Assembly: GCF_006345805.1 (NCBI RefSeq)
Contig: NW_021835390.1
Coordinates: 1 to 50,464 of the forward strand
DNA: 50,464 bases
From: Octopus sinensis
Taxonomy: Eukaryota
Direction: 5' to 3'
Within the stretch, counting starts at the first letter, position 1; each line of letters opens with the position of its first letter. The notes under the pieces were generated by a model. That model saw only the letters and a program-made list of their open reading frames with translations. It did no database searches and was not told where the DNA came from. The position numbers were made by a program, and so were the translations under genes. Shown here piece by piece: positions 37,803 through 50,464 of the stretch.

Positions 37803-38330
37803 TATGATATGTGTAACCACTCACAAACACAGACATACACGCACCCCCACCACGCACACAAATTGTTGTCGTTTTGTCTGCAGTTATCAGTAATTTTGAC
37901 CGAATATCAGTGAAACTGGAAGGTTAGAAATTACATTCTGTGTATGTTTGTGCGTTCGTTGTTTCTTTAACAGTGTATGTGCGCATGGAAGCATATGTGT
38001 GTGTGCATAAGTATGTATGAATGTATGTATCTGAGTATTATGTATGTATGAATGTATGTATGTATGCATGTATGTATGTATGCATGTATGTATGAATGTA
38101 TGTATGCATGTATGTATGCATGTATGTATGTATGTATGTATGTATGTATGTAGTATGTATGTATGCATGCATGTCTATGAATATTGGTAGGCACGAATGG
38201 AGATTTTTCATTAAGATTTATTGAAATTCTTCATGGCAAACCAGAAGCCATTCCCTAACACCAGGGCAAGGTATTTTTGATTGGGGCAAAGCGGTAACAG
38301 AGATCTGTGCATATGTGAATGAATTTGGAG

Positions 38331-38385
<55 letters not shown>

Positions 38386-38409
38386 CAAATAAGTCTATCT
38401 ATCTATCTG

Positions 38410-38481
<72 letters not shown>

Positions 38482-38929
38482 CCAATCACTTGATCGATCG
38501 ACCGATCTGTCTATCTATTTATCTGTCTGTGTGTCTGCCTGTGAGTCTGACTGGTTGTATGTACATTTATAATTACACGCCCACGTACACATATATATAT
38601 ATTGGTGTATGCACGTTATACATATATATGTATACACACAAACACACACGTGTGTATGTATATCTGGTCATATGTGTGTGTGTGTGCGTACGCGCGTGTA
38701 TACATGTGTGTGTGTATTTGTGTGTGTTTGTGTGTGTTGTGTTTGCATGGACGTGCGAGTGGGTGGCCGTGCTGAGGCGGGGGGTCAGTTTGTCATATCT
38801 ATCGTAATTAAGAACAGCTGTGACACATTGTGGGGAGACTCAGTCGCGTCTCAGTCGTGTCAGAGGCTGGCATTTGACATATTGAGGTCCCTTAGCAGAC
38901 AACACACCGGCCACAACTACATCAACGAC

Positions 38930-39450
38930 CAAAACTACTGCCGCCACCGTCACCACGACACCGCTGCCGCCACGGGCCCCACGGCGACGACGACGACGAC
39001 CACCACCACTACCACACCTGCACCATCATCAAATAACCACCGTTATCAGTAACATCATCATCACTAACATTAACATGACTACCATCATTTACCGCGCCCA
39101 CTTACTTCACCACCACCACCACCACCACCACCACCACCACCACCACCACCACCACCACCACCATCACCGCCGCCGCCGCCACTACCATCACCACAACAGC
39201 AAAAATACCATCACCAACACCAACACCACCACCATTTTCATTACCATCATCCCCATCAGCACAGTCTCTACTACCATCACTGCAAGAACAGAAACACCAT
39301 CACCACCATTTTCATTACCACCACCGCAACCACCACAGCCACCACCACCACCATCGCCAGGAACAGCACAAGCTACACCACTATTCCACCACCACCAAGA
39401 CCACCACCATCACCACGGCGACTACCCACACCACCAACACCACTATGAAC
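38930..39450. repeat. (CAC)n-based cryptic trinucleotide array
   Basis: Seen directly. Confidence 0.9.
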
Positions 39451-39591
39451 GCTGTATAAGTAACTGACCAATCAATGGTTGGACACTCACTCTTACATCA
39501 CGTGACTCATGAAATCTTCACGGAATCATTAAAGTCGTCACATACAGCGTGCCATTACAAATATGTGACGTTTTTGCGTCACATATATTGA

Positions 39592-39635
<44 letters not shown>

Positions 39636-39887
39636 CGTGAATGTGTGCGAGTATGTGTGCATGTGAGGGTATGTGGATATATGGATGTGTATGTGAGAAA
39701 ATATGTACAAGCGTATACATGGACACTGGCCCTCTCCTATTCCCATACACACATACACACATATACACAGACACACAGACATACATAATAATACTATACA
39801 CATACATACATAATAATAAGATGGAGATAAGCATTTTGTCCGTCGCGCTAAAAATTCTACCCGCTTTCTGCCTTCAATAATAATGAC

Positions 39888-39924
<37 letters not shown>

Positions 39925-39927
39925 GTA

Positions 39928-39979
<52 letters not shown>

Positions 39980-40004
39980 TGATGATTATGATGAAGATGA
40001 TGAT

Positions 40005-40631
40005 TTCATTGACTTTATACACTGAAAAAGAAGGAACATATGCTTAGCATACAAAGATAAAAGAATGACGGGGAGGATGATAGAGATGTAGTCTTCCGGA
40101 TAGAGGAAGGCCTGTAGGGATAATCGAGGAACCCCACTGTCAGAAATATCCCTGAAACCCTAGGAGCAAGTACCCTCTCCAATTCCTTGTCTCCGGCTCA
40201 CAGGTCTACATTTAGAGAGGTACCATCCATTCTTGCCATTTTTACAACCTTCACCCGCCCTTCAATAAACTCACTCGAGGACAGAACTTTCCTCTCCACT
40301 CTCAATTTCCTTTTCAAATGAAACTTGAAGAAGTCAATGAGAGCTCAACCAAAGAGGAATATATCTGTCCTAATGCCTTTCAGCCTTGTCCACCAAACAA
40401 CCTCTTTCGCCACAGCCACCGGCCATAGGAAAACTGCCTTGCCTGACCGATTGAAGGAGAGTAGCGGTGCGATCATCACTCGGCCGACAGATGGATCTGG
40501 CCCACACGTGACAGCAACTGTTTAACATAAACCCACAAGTCCGCAATGCCCGGACACTGAACGAGTGCGTGCAGAATGGTTTTGTCACTTTGCGCACACC
40601 GTGGACAAGTCCGTCTGATAGCACGTCCGTG
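40005..40631 (-). mobile_element. L1/Tx1-clade LINE 3' end with CCHC knuckle
   Basis: RTCPRCAQSDKTILHALVQCPGIADLW...KAVFLWPVAVAKEVVWWTRLKG...FFKFHLKRKLRVERKVLSS...DL*, then a 3' UTR. Confidence 0.75.
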
Positions 40632-40883
40632 CCAATAGAGACCTGTAGGGACCTTTTGAGAAGGATGGGTTACTCGACCAGAATAAAATTCTAACTGGGC
40701 CCCACCTGCAAGGTCATGTGCTGTTTCTCTTGATATGCGATCACTATGTCACGCACATATGGTTGTGATGCATGTGCCTAGTGTACCCTTATTAGACGAG
40801 TAGTCATGATGGGTATACTGGGCTTCGTATATTTTACCCCAGTGTGACTTTGATGGCATGCACTCTCACTGCTCTCTCACTCA

Positions 40884-40922
<39 letters not shown>

Positions 40923-40943
40923 TAATAATAATAATAATAATAA
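40632..40943 (+). mobile_element. 3' end of the same retroelement with (AAT)n tail, copy 2
   Basis: Direct match to 21398-21640 with about 55 more 5' bases. Confidence 0.7.
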
Positions 40944-41115
40944 TCCTTTCTATTATAGGCACAAAGACTGAAAAATGGGGGAGGGGATAGTCGATTACAT
41001 CGACCCCAGCACTCAACTGGTACTTGATTTATCGTCTCTGGAAGGTTGAAAGATAAAGTCGACCTCGACGAAATTTGAACTCAGGACGTAAAGAGCCAGA
41101 AGTACCGCTAAGCAT
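40940..41115 (-). mobile_element. SINE family B core with third tail type ending in (ATT)n
   Basis: Minus strand: core, then cgactatcccctccccatttttcagtctttgtgcctataatagaaaggattatt. Confidence 0.75.
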
Positions 41116-41645
41116 TCTTCAAACTCGTCGCTTTCCACCTAAGGTCAAATAACAACAAAACCAAACATAAAAGCATTTTGCGTGTACACATACGTAAGTA
41201 CTTGAGGTATCAAATGACCCATGTCATTACAGACCAAAAATTAACCCCACTCGTCTCCCCCTATAAACAGACCACCAAAACCACCACCACCACCTCTACC
41301 ACCACTACCACTACTACCACCATCACTACTACCTACTACTACTACTACTACAACCACCGCCGCCCTTGCCACTGTCACCAACACCACCACCATCACTTTC
41401 TTACAACTGTCAACTGTCATGTACTCTTGGTTACTATTGTCGTCGCACCGTGTAGTCTATTAAGAGTTAATTGTTGTCACAAAACTGCGTTGCCACGACA
41501 ACAGAAAGGGTCTTTCTGGTTTTTTAAATATATATTTTAGAGAGACAGACGGACAGATTGACACAGGGACACGTTCGGTCGTTTAAAAGAAAAGAACAAA
41601 GCTCAACGCACTGGAGATAAATACTTTTTCTCTCTCTTTCTCTCC

Positions 41646-41722
<77 letters not shown>

Positions 41723-42446
41723 GAGCCTTTTTATCTATCTGATCATTTAAATGTCTTCGAGGAAGCTATAAGATGTCACACAAGCATTCAGCTCTGAGCG
41801 CAATACTTCTCATAGCAGAAACAAGTGTAAGCTAATGAAAAGGATTACATAATTTCTGTTCTTTTGTCATTCACTGATATTGGTATTACGCTCTGCACTC
41901 ATCTGAAGCTTTATTCTAAAGAATAACTATATTGAGTTCTTACACCCAGTTACTAGTATCGCTGTGCTAAAGCGAAATCATAATCACTCACTCACTCTCT
42001 CACTCACTCACTCACTCAATCAATCAATCAATCAGTCTATCTGTCTGTCTGTCAGTCTATTGATCTATCTACCGGAGAAATTTGAGCTCATAACGTAAAG
42101 ACGGACGAAATCATTTAAACCATTTTCGAGCTGACCACTCATTGGTCATTTCCTCACCAAATGTTTCGTTGAAATCGCGAGTAGTTTCAGCTGTTTTACA
42201 TCCTTTTCTGAAGCTGAAACGCAAGACTGCTCGAATATCGCGCTTTGACAGTTCCATTTCAGATGATTAACAACGGTGAAAGAAAAAAATATCAATGATA
42301 TCAAAATATCAATTGATGCATTTCGGCAAGGCTTTGTATTATCAGACAATTACAAAAAAAAAAAAATGTTTTAAAAATTTCAAAACACTGCAAAAATCCG
42401 GTACAAATTCTTCATGGTTTAAAACGTTGCTTACTTTTTACTCAAC

Positions 42447-42499
<53 letters not shown>

Positions 42500-43472
42500 C
42501 TATAGCTATATATATGTGTATATACACATGCACATATATCAATATATATATATATGTGTGTGTGTATATACATATATATATATATGTATATATGTATGTA
42601 TGCCTATATATGTATATATATATATATATAATATATATATATATATATCTATATATATATAGATATATATACGTGTGATGTGTGTATATATATTTTCAAA
42701 AGAAAATGGTGGCCCAACAAAATTCTGGTGTTGTTACTTCTTCCCTATGCTACGGTGCCCTACAGATTCCGCTTCTTCACTCAGCCCGCCTTCTAACAGA
42801 AAATATTAATAAAAGCATCAAAGTTTTCGAAAGACTTAATTATAAATCCATTAACCGGACGTATGGTTGTCTCTTCAACACTACAGACATCAAAAGAAAA
42901 AGTGATACAGAAAATGTATGTACGTACCACAATATATGTGCTTGTATGCGCATGCGTAAGAATATGTGTTTGAGTATGTATAATTCTGTGTTTGTGTGTG
43001 TATGTGTATTTATGTGCATGTATGTGCAATTGAATGTGTATGCGTGTATGTGTGTGTGTGTGTGTGTATTACGGGAGTGTTTGTGTGTGTTGTATGTGTT
43101 TCAGTGCTTGTGTGCCTCGAGTCTGAGAGTGTAGTTACGTGAGCGTTTATGCTGTCTGTGCCTGTATGTGTGTGTATGTGTGTATGTGCGTATGTGTGTG
43201 TGTGTGTTTGTGTGCAGGTACCGGTGTGAATGTGTGCTGTGTACTGTGTGTGTAGTCACATGTATGTTTGTGTGCTGTCTGCCGCGTGTATTTGCGCCAG
43301 TTTAGTGTACGTTTGTGCGTTGTGTGCTGTTTGTGTTTGATTGTACAAATAAACGGGAAAGGCATCTCAATACATAGTTGGCCTTATTTATCCCAAGTCA
43401 AAAAACCTCACGCTTGCCCAATCGAGTCTATGTACCCGTTTATTAGACATCGTAGTTGGATCGAAAATCATA

Positions 43473-43882
43473 GGCGCAGGAGTGGCTGTGTGGTAAGTAG
43501 CTTGCTTCCCAAACATATGGTTCCGGGTTCAGTCCCACCTTGGGCAAGTGTCTTCTGCTATAGCCTCGGGCCGACCAAAGCCTTGTGAGTGGATTTGGTA
43601 GACGGAAAACTGAAAGAAGCCTGTCGTATATATGTATATATATGTATGAGTGTGTATATGTTTATGTGTTTGTCTGTGTTTGTCCCCCCACCCCCCAACA
43701 TCGCTTGACAACCGATGCTGGTATGTTTACGTCCCCGTAACTTAGCGGTTCGGCAAAAGAGACCGATAGAATAAGTACTAGGCTTACAAAGAATAAGCCC
43801 TGAGGTCGATTTGCTCGACTAAAGACGTTACTCCAGCATGGCCACAGTCAAATGACTGAAACAAGTAAAAGAGTAAAGAGTA
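43473..43882 (+). mobile_element. Full-length tRNA-derived SINE family A (CORE-like CCTTGGGCAAGT motif, internal microsatellite, (AAAGAGT)n tail)
   Basis: It has an A box TGGCTGTGTGGTAA, a B box GGTTCAGTCCC and a 3' end CAAATGACTGAAACAAGTAAAAGAGTAAAGAGTA. About 10 homologous copies occur in the window. Confidence 0.9.
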
Positions 43883-43894
43883 TATACATAATAT

Positions 43895-43940
<46 letters not shown>

Positions 43941-44057
43941 GTACAAATATACATTTATACGTACATATATGTACATACACATACTTATGTGTATGTATGT
44001 GTATATGTAGCATGCATTATATCTGAATGTCTGTATGTATGTGTGTACGTCTCTCTC

Positions 44058-44093
<36 letters not shown>

Positions 44094-44599
44094 CGTGTGT
44101 ACACGTACACAAATACACACATATATTTACACACATGCACATATTTATACTCACACACACTGTACAGACACACGCACACACACACACCACACACACACAC
44201 ACACACACGCACACACACAATCAGAAATCTTTGAGGTGGTGGTATTACACCGGATTAACTCCAATAGATCAGTTCCTCTCAACCTAAACTACCTGCTTAA
44301 CGCAGTCATTCCAGAGTTACCAAGCTACCATTCATTTCAAAATTCCTACCTTTTTTATGCGATGTCTAGGAAAACTTTGTCGTTATTTTTCTCTGTTTTT
44401 TTTTTTTTTTTATAGTCGTTTTTATAATATTTTGGTGTGGGGGTATCTAAATTTTTTTCTTGATTTTTAATTTTAGATTCACCGATTGATTTTACGACAG
44501 TTTTATCCCCAGGGTCGGGTGGGATAGGGGTTATTTTCTTTTGCTTTTTGAATTTTTTTTGACGTTTGCTTTGGGTTGGGATATTTTGTTTTGGATTCC

Positions 44600-45301
44600 G
44601 TTGACTGGCTGGTCATTGGTTGATGGTGGTGGTGGTGGTGGTGGTGGCAGCGGTGATGGAGTTAGTGGTAGTAGTAGTGGTGGGTGGGGTGGGGTGGGGG
44701 AGGGTGGTAGTGGTGGTGGAGATGATGGATGCGGTGGCGGTGGTGATGGAGGTGTTGGTGGTGGTGATTGAGGTAGTGGTTGTGGCAATGGCGGTAGTGG
44801 TGGAGATGATAGATGTGGTGGTGGTGGTGGTAGTGGTAATAAAGGTAGTAGCGATGGTCGTGGTCGCGTGGAGGGTGGGGTTGAATGCAAGGTGGAAATG
44901 CCGTAAAAGTCCTCGTGTGTAAATCACCGTCTTAAGGAATGCTTCTTGGGAGATGTTTAATGATAAATAAACATTTAGAGGGTCTTTGTACGGCGAAACT
45001 ACTGTTTCAACAAGGGGCGTGTAGCAGTGGTGGTGAGAGTGATGGTTGTGGTGGTTGTAGTGATGGTGGTGGTGTTCGTGGTGGTGGTGGTTGAGGTGGT
45101 ACTTACTGGTCGTGTAGTTGGCAACGAGTGAGAACGAGAGGCCGGATTAGTACTGAGTGTATGACCCTCACCCTCGATCTAACTTATCTCTCTCGTATCT
45201 TGCACACCTGTGCAATAATCACTAATAATCACTTTCCCAAGTAGTAGTAGTAGTAGTAGTAGTAGCAGCGGCGGGAGCAGCGGGGGTGGGGCAGCGGTGG
45301 C

Positions 45302-45356
<55 letters not shown>

Positions 45357-45359
45357 ACA

Positions 45360-45442
<83 letters not shown>
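44600..45442. repeat. (GGT)n, (TAG)n and (CAG)n arrays
   Basis: Seen directly. Confidence 0.85.
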
Positions 45443-45443
<1 letters not shown>

Positions 45444-45504
45444 AAACGTTAATGATTTGAATCTGAAGTGAAGCTAACCTGAAACCTGGCTCGAATACTT
45501 TCTA

Positions 45505-45750
45505 CAAACTGGACCTCATTAAGGATATTCAAAGATCAGACGGTGGTGTTAAACTGGGCAATGGATCGAGGATGGACATTCAGGGTAACGGAATGGACAC
45601 CAAAACAATGGAGAAGATCAAGAGGCCAAGCAAACAGAAGATGGCGAGATGATCTCACCCTCGACCTGGGGCCAACATGGCCACGACTGGCCAGAGATAA
45701 ACAACGGTGAAAGAGTCCAAGAGCGCGGTTTTCGCCTTCAGGAGTGAGGA
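45505..45750 (+). mobile_element. RTE-clade LINE 3' fragment (second family)
   Basis: WTFRVTEWTPKQWRRSRGQANRRWRDDLTLDLGPTWPRLARDKQR matches the RTE C-terminal WT..VTEW.P...KR.RGRP..RW.D pattern. Confidence 0.75.
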
Positions 45751-46594
45751 AAGCTTGGATGTGGAAGTGACCGCGCCACGGGATTGAACCAGCAACTATG
45801 TAATTGAGGACAGAGCTTCTTAACAACACAACTATTCTTGTATCATGAATTCTATGGGTTTTGAGCGCGTCTTTAGGCTTCGAGCATGCTCCAGATGCTT
45901 TCTTAATTACGGATTTTAGGAAGTCTGCTTACGTTTCAAGTTGGGTGTGAGAAAATACAACAGCCACGCCAACGACGATGATGATGATGATAATGACAAT
46001 GCTGCTGTGCTGATGATGATGATAATGATGACAACAACGAGGACGACGACGACGAGGTGAGATTGAACGTCATCGTCATTATCCTCCTCACCAACATTAC
46101 CGTCCTCATCCTCTCACCACCACCACTATTATCGTCGTCGTCGTCGTCATCGTTGTACTCTGCCTCCTCCTCACCATCTCATCATCACGGTAGTCATCAA
46201 CCACCACCAGCTCCATCTTCATCATCATCATCGTCATCGTCATCGTTTTCACCATGGGTATAAATGTACATCTGGATTTTGCTGTGGGCTGGGGGGAGGG
46301 CAAGAACAGGGTAGATCCACAGCTACCTTGCAAAGCTGCTACAGCTTTAATATTACACAAACACACACACACACCCTACACACATACCGGCACAGGCATT
46401 CTGATGTATAACAGATGTCGTCATTATTAGACCTAAACATGTGAATTTTATCAGATTTACATCTCATCTGATGTAAATCTTCTCAGATGTACATTTTTGC
46501 ACATGTAGTTTCCTAACTGTAACTACAAATTATCATTGCTGTTATTGTCGTTGTTTAGGTTATCTTAGATATTGCGGCCTCTGACATAATAATG

Positions 46595-46800
46595 GCTTCA
46601 AAGTTTGGCACAATGCCAGCAATTTTGAGAAGTTATAGTTTGGTCGATACCATGACCCTCAGTATTTTTTATTCGTACATTACTTAATCGACCCCGGAAG
46701 GTTGAAAGGCAAAATTAGATGCAGTGGAATTTGAATGTAAAGACGGACGAAATGCCGCTAAGCACTCTGGTCAGCGTACCAACGATTCTGCCAGCTCACC
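46595..46800 (-). mobile_element. Decayed SINE family B
   Basis: Head gtgagctggcagaatcgttgg and core ttcaaccttccggggtcgattaagt on the minus strand. Confidence 0.7.
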
Positions 46801-47214
46801 CTGATATAATAACAAAAAAAAAACAAACTGGATCAGCTTAGTATAGAATGCTTTTGATGGAAACCCTGCTTGATCAGGGCCGACCTGGGGTTAAATAACA
46901 ACAACAACTACAAATGATTGTTGTCTCTTTGTTCTGTAACCTCAGGTAAACTGTTTTACCGATTGAGTAGATTTATGATTTGAGTTATTCCAGCCGTAAC
47001 CATCTCATCAGACAACATAAAACTAGCTTGCGGTTTACTGTCGCTACTTAAGAATTTTCATATCCATCAGTCTATCAGTCCATCGTAGAAGGCTCTTCTA
47101 ACGGACACGGCTAACAGAACATTATAATCACTCAATATAGAGAAGTGTAATGCAAAGTGTCCATGTGGCTGAAATCCAGAAGATACAATCAAGGAAATAA
47201 CTTCATGAGGAGTA

Positions 47215-47582
47215 TATAAACCAAAAAAGTCAGGCGATCTGAGAGTTGAATATATTTATTTCACCACATGACGTCCTTAGGGTTACAGTTGTTTCGCAGC
47301 CTTCATCATGTAGTAATCATTTCAGTCCGGAATAAATTATGTTTACATGCTTGCATAAAAAGTGCATGGTGTGCATTATAAAATATTATCGTATATTCAC
47401 AAATGGAACAGTTGTATTTTATAATACATAGCATGCATAGTTGTGCAAACCTGTCAACGTAATTTAGTCCACACTGAAATTATTACTACATGGAGAAGAC
47501 TGCGAAACGACCGTAACACTAAGGATGTCAATTGGTTAAATAAATATATTCACCTTCTATATCTCCCGACTTTTTTATGGTT

Positions 47583-47586
<4 letters not shown>
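47215..47586. repeat. ~370-bp foldback (imperfect palindrome, ~170-bp arms)
   Basis: The left arm tataaaccaaaaaagtcaggcgatct...gtttcgcagccttcatcatgtagtaat... matches the reverse complement of the right arm throughout. Confidence 0.85.
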
Positions 47587-47618
<32 letters not shown>

Positions 47619-47642
47619 GGCATATATATATATATATAATAT

Positions 47643-47681
<39 letters not shown>

Positions 47682-47751
47682 CAGATCTACATATACATAT
47701 TTATATATATTTGTGTATATATGTATGTATGTATACATATATACATACATA

Positions 47752-47850
<99 letters not shown>

Positions 47851-48035
47851 TGTGGTGTAATGTAAAAAACAACAAATTGGGACAAGAACGCAAAACATTT
47901 AGAAGGCGATACAAAAAACACGGACGGGACATTCGAAGCCTTCAATCTTTAGTCAAGAACCGGATCATCCTCGCAATTTCGATATATATATTACTAAGAT
48001 TGGTAGAATGAAATTGCGTTGAAGCACGTGTGTAT

Positions 48036-48081
<46 letters not shown>

Positions 48082-48096
48082 GTATGTGTATCGTAA

Positions 48097-48163
48097 ATTT
48101 AGAGAAAAACCATTGGTTTCACATCTAGCGTGAACTAGACTGTGCTCTTCAGTTTCCCTAAAT
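48097..48163 (-). ncRNA. Minimal type-I hammerhead motif
   Basis: Minus strand: ATTTAGGGAAA CTGAAGA GCACAGTCTAG ttcacg CTAGATGT GAAA CCAATGG TT TTTCTCTAAAT. It has an 11-bp stem I (one G.U), a canonical core, a bulged stem II, a 3-bp stem III and a GUU triplet. Confidence 0.7.
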
Positions 48164-48469
48164 AGTAGCCGTCTTCTGCTGAAATAAATAACTGTTCTAT
48201 ATTCTATAGGATACGCTCTTCTCCTGATTTATGATATTGTAACGAAGATATATATATTTATATAACGGGAAAGTTTACGAAAATAAACAAAAGACGAAAG
48301 CAGGTGGAGTACAAACAAACAAATGTATTAGTATAGCGCTCAGGAATAGAAATAGAAAAAGTCTTTTACGTTTCGAGCCTACGCTCTTCGACAGAAAGAT
48401 ACACAGAAAAAAACAAGGAGAGAAAAAAATGCGTGTAGGAGCTAACATACACACATGCATATACACATA

Positions 48470-48630
48470 CGAGAAGCATCTACATTGTTTTATCCTTCCA
48501 AATCAATTCACAAGGCTTTGCTCGGCGCTCTATTGGAAGACATTTGCACATGGTGCTAGGCAGTGAGAACCGAACCCGAAACCAAGTCGTCGCACAGCGA
48601 ACTACTTAACCACACAGCCACTCCAGCCAC
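48470..48630 (-). mobile_element. SINE family A 5' fragment, decayed
   Basis: caaatcaattcacaaggctttg...cttaaccacacagccactcc. Confidence 0.65.
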
Positions 48631-48723
48631 TGCTTTTATTTTCAATGAGCACAAATTACCACGATACAGGTTCAAGTTCCACCAAACTCAAATGCCGCCA
48701 TCTTCCTTCTCTGTCTCCTGATA

Positions 48724-48792
<69 letters not shown>

Positions 48793-49214
48793 TATGTATA
48801 TATATCTGCTTTATTTTTTTGTGACTTCACCTTGTCTTGTTTACAATATTTCATTTATAACTGACATACAGTTAGCTATTTATTTCAATTTCGTTCATAA
48901 TATATTATCTCTCAGTCACTCCACTCACCATCCACAATACCACCACCTCCACCATCACCACCACCTCAACTATCATTCGCCATGTTGCATTTTTTTTATC
49001 TATTTATTTATGTACTTATTTTTACATTCATTGTTCAACATTTGTTTTCTCTTGTTTTATTTTCTTCATCATTTGACCTCTCATTATTCTGAATCTAATA
49101 CAAAAACAATTTCTCTTCTTTTTTCACTAAGCATTTTTTCTTTTCCTTCTTCCCTTTTGCTTTCCTATTGTTTTATACACCACACATATATGAAATGTAT
49201 AATCTGTATATCTC

Positions 49215-49315
<101 letters not shown>

Positions 49316-49794
49316 GTGTGTGTGTGTATATATATATAATATATATATATATATGCATGCATGTATGTATATATACTCACACATATAAATGTATATATAT
49401 ATGTCCTGTATACTCACACATATAAATATGTATATATAATGCACATATTTATATACATATATGTATGATTATGCACATATGTATATGTGTGTATAATATC
49501 TATATATAGATATATACGTATCTTTTATATGCATATATATACACACATATATACATATACATATATATAGATATATACGTATCTTTATATATGCATATAT
49601 ATACACACACATATATACATACTATATATATATATATATATTATAATATATATATATATATATACATTACTGAGTGTGTGTGTGCACACGCTCGCGCATG
49701 TGTCTATATATATATATATATAATATATATATATATATAATATATATATATAACATATATATATATTATATATATACTATATATATATAACATA

Positions 49795-49825
<31 letters not shown>

Positions 49826-49870
49826 GTATGGTATGTATTATATGTATATATAACTATATTCTATCTATCA

Positions 49871-49916
<46 letters not shown>

Positions 49917-49990
49917 TCTATCTATCTATCTGTCTATCTGTCATCTATCTATCTGGCTATCTATCAATCTATCTATCTCTCTCTCTCTCT

Positions 49991-50023
<33 letters not shown>

Positions 50024-50464
50024 CTACGCTGCAGACGAGTGAGATGTGATGCACGTCTGTGAATGTGTGGGAGGTTATTGGGTGACAATTTAAAATAAGA
50101 CGTAAAGTAGAAAATAAAAAAAAACAGAAAAATGATGGAAAAGAAAAAAAAAACAACATGAGATAAGTGTGATGTGATGGAAGTGGAATAAGAGAAGTAG
50201 TGTTAGAGAGGGAGAGAGTGTGGGGAGGAAAGATGGAGATAGAGAGTGCCAGGAGTGAGGGAAATGTAATGAAACATAGAAACGGAAAGGTAAACGGTTG
50301 AGGGAGGAGGAGAAGGGAAGAATGTGTTAGGGTAAGAAAAAGTGGGAGGGAAAGGCGCGTAAAAACAGAGAAAGGTGTATATATATACATACATACATAC
50401 ATATATGTATGTGTGTGTGTGTGTATGTGAGCGTAAGTGTGTGTGCAGTGCATGTATATCGACT

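Noticed and set aside
38195-38335. Possible mariner C-terminal relic (KPEA...AKR*QR)
   Set aside because: Too short and degenerate to support.

Overview
This is AT-rich, microsatellite-saturated eukaryotic DNA. Its tRNA-derived SINE families and repeat texture point to an octopus (coleoid cephalopod) genome, which is an inference from repeat content. Almost all ORFs in the supplied track are translations of simple repeats. The only convincing host coding sequence is one 72-bp phase-2/phase-2 leucine-rich-repeat exon on the minus strand (33685-33756, QLPENRITKIEKEAFRDLFAMERL). It resembles a repeat of the first LRR domain of Slit, so the window is probably two very large introns of a slit-like gene. 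The rest is four tRNA-headed SINE families, decayed RTE and L1/Tx1 LINE pieces, two Tc1/mariner relics (DD37D and DD36E spacing), a Tigger-like MITE and non-autonomous Helitrons. The most notable signal is a dense set of minimal type-I hammerhead-ribozyme motifs (CUGANGA...GAAA-palindrome-UH): about 6 well-formed and about 10 decayed. They sit in several unrelated short non-coding elements, many embedded in (TA)n tracts or arranged as head-to-head foldbacks. One of them is a tRNA-headed SINE whose 3' part is a Penelope-type hammerhead module. All motifs were read and folded by eye; no searches were run.
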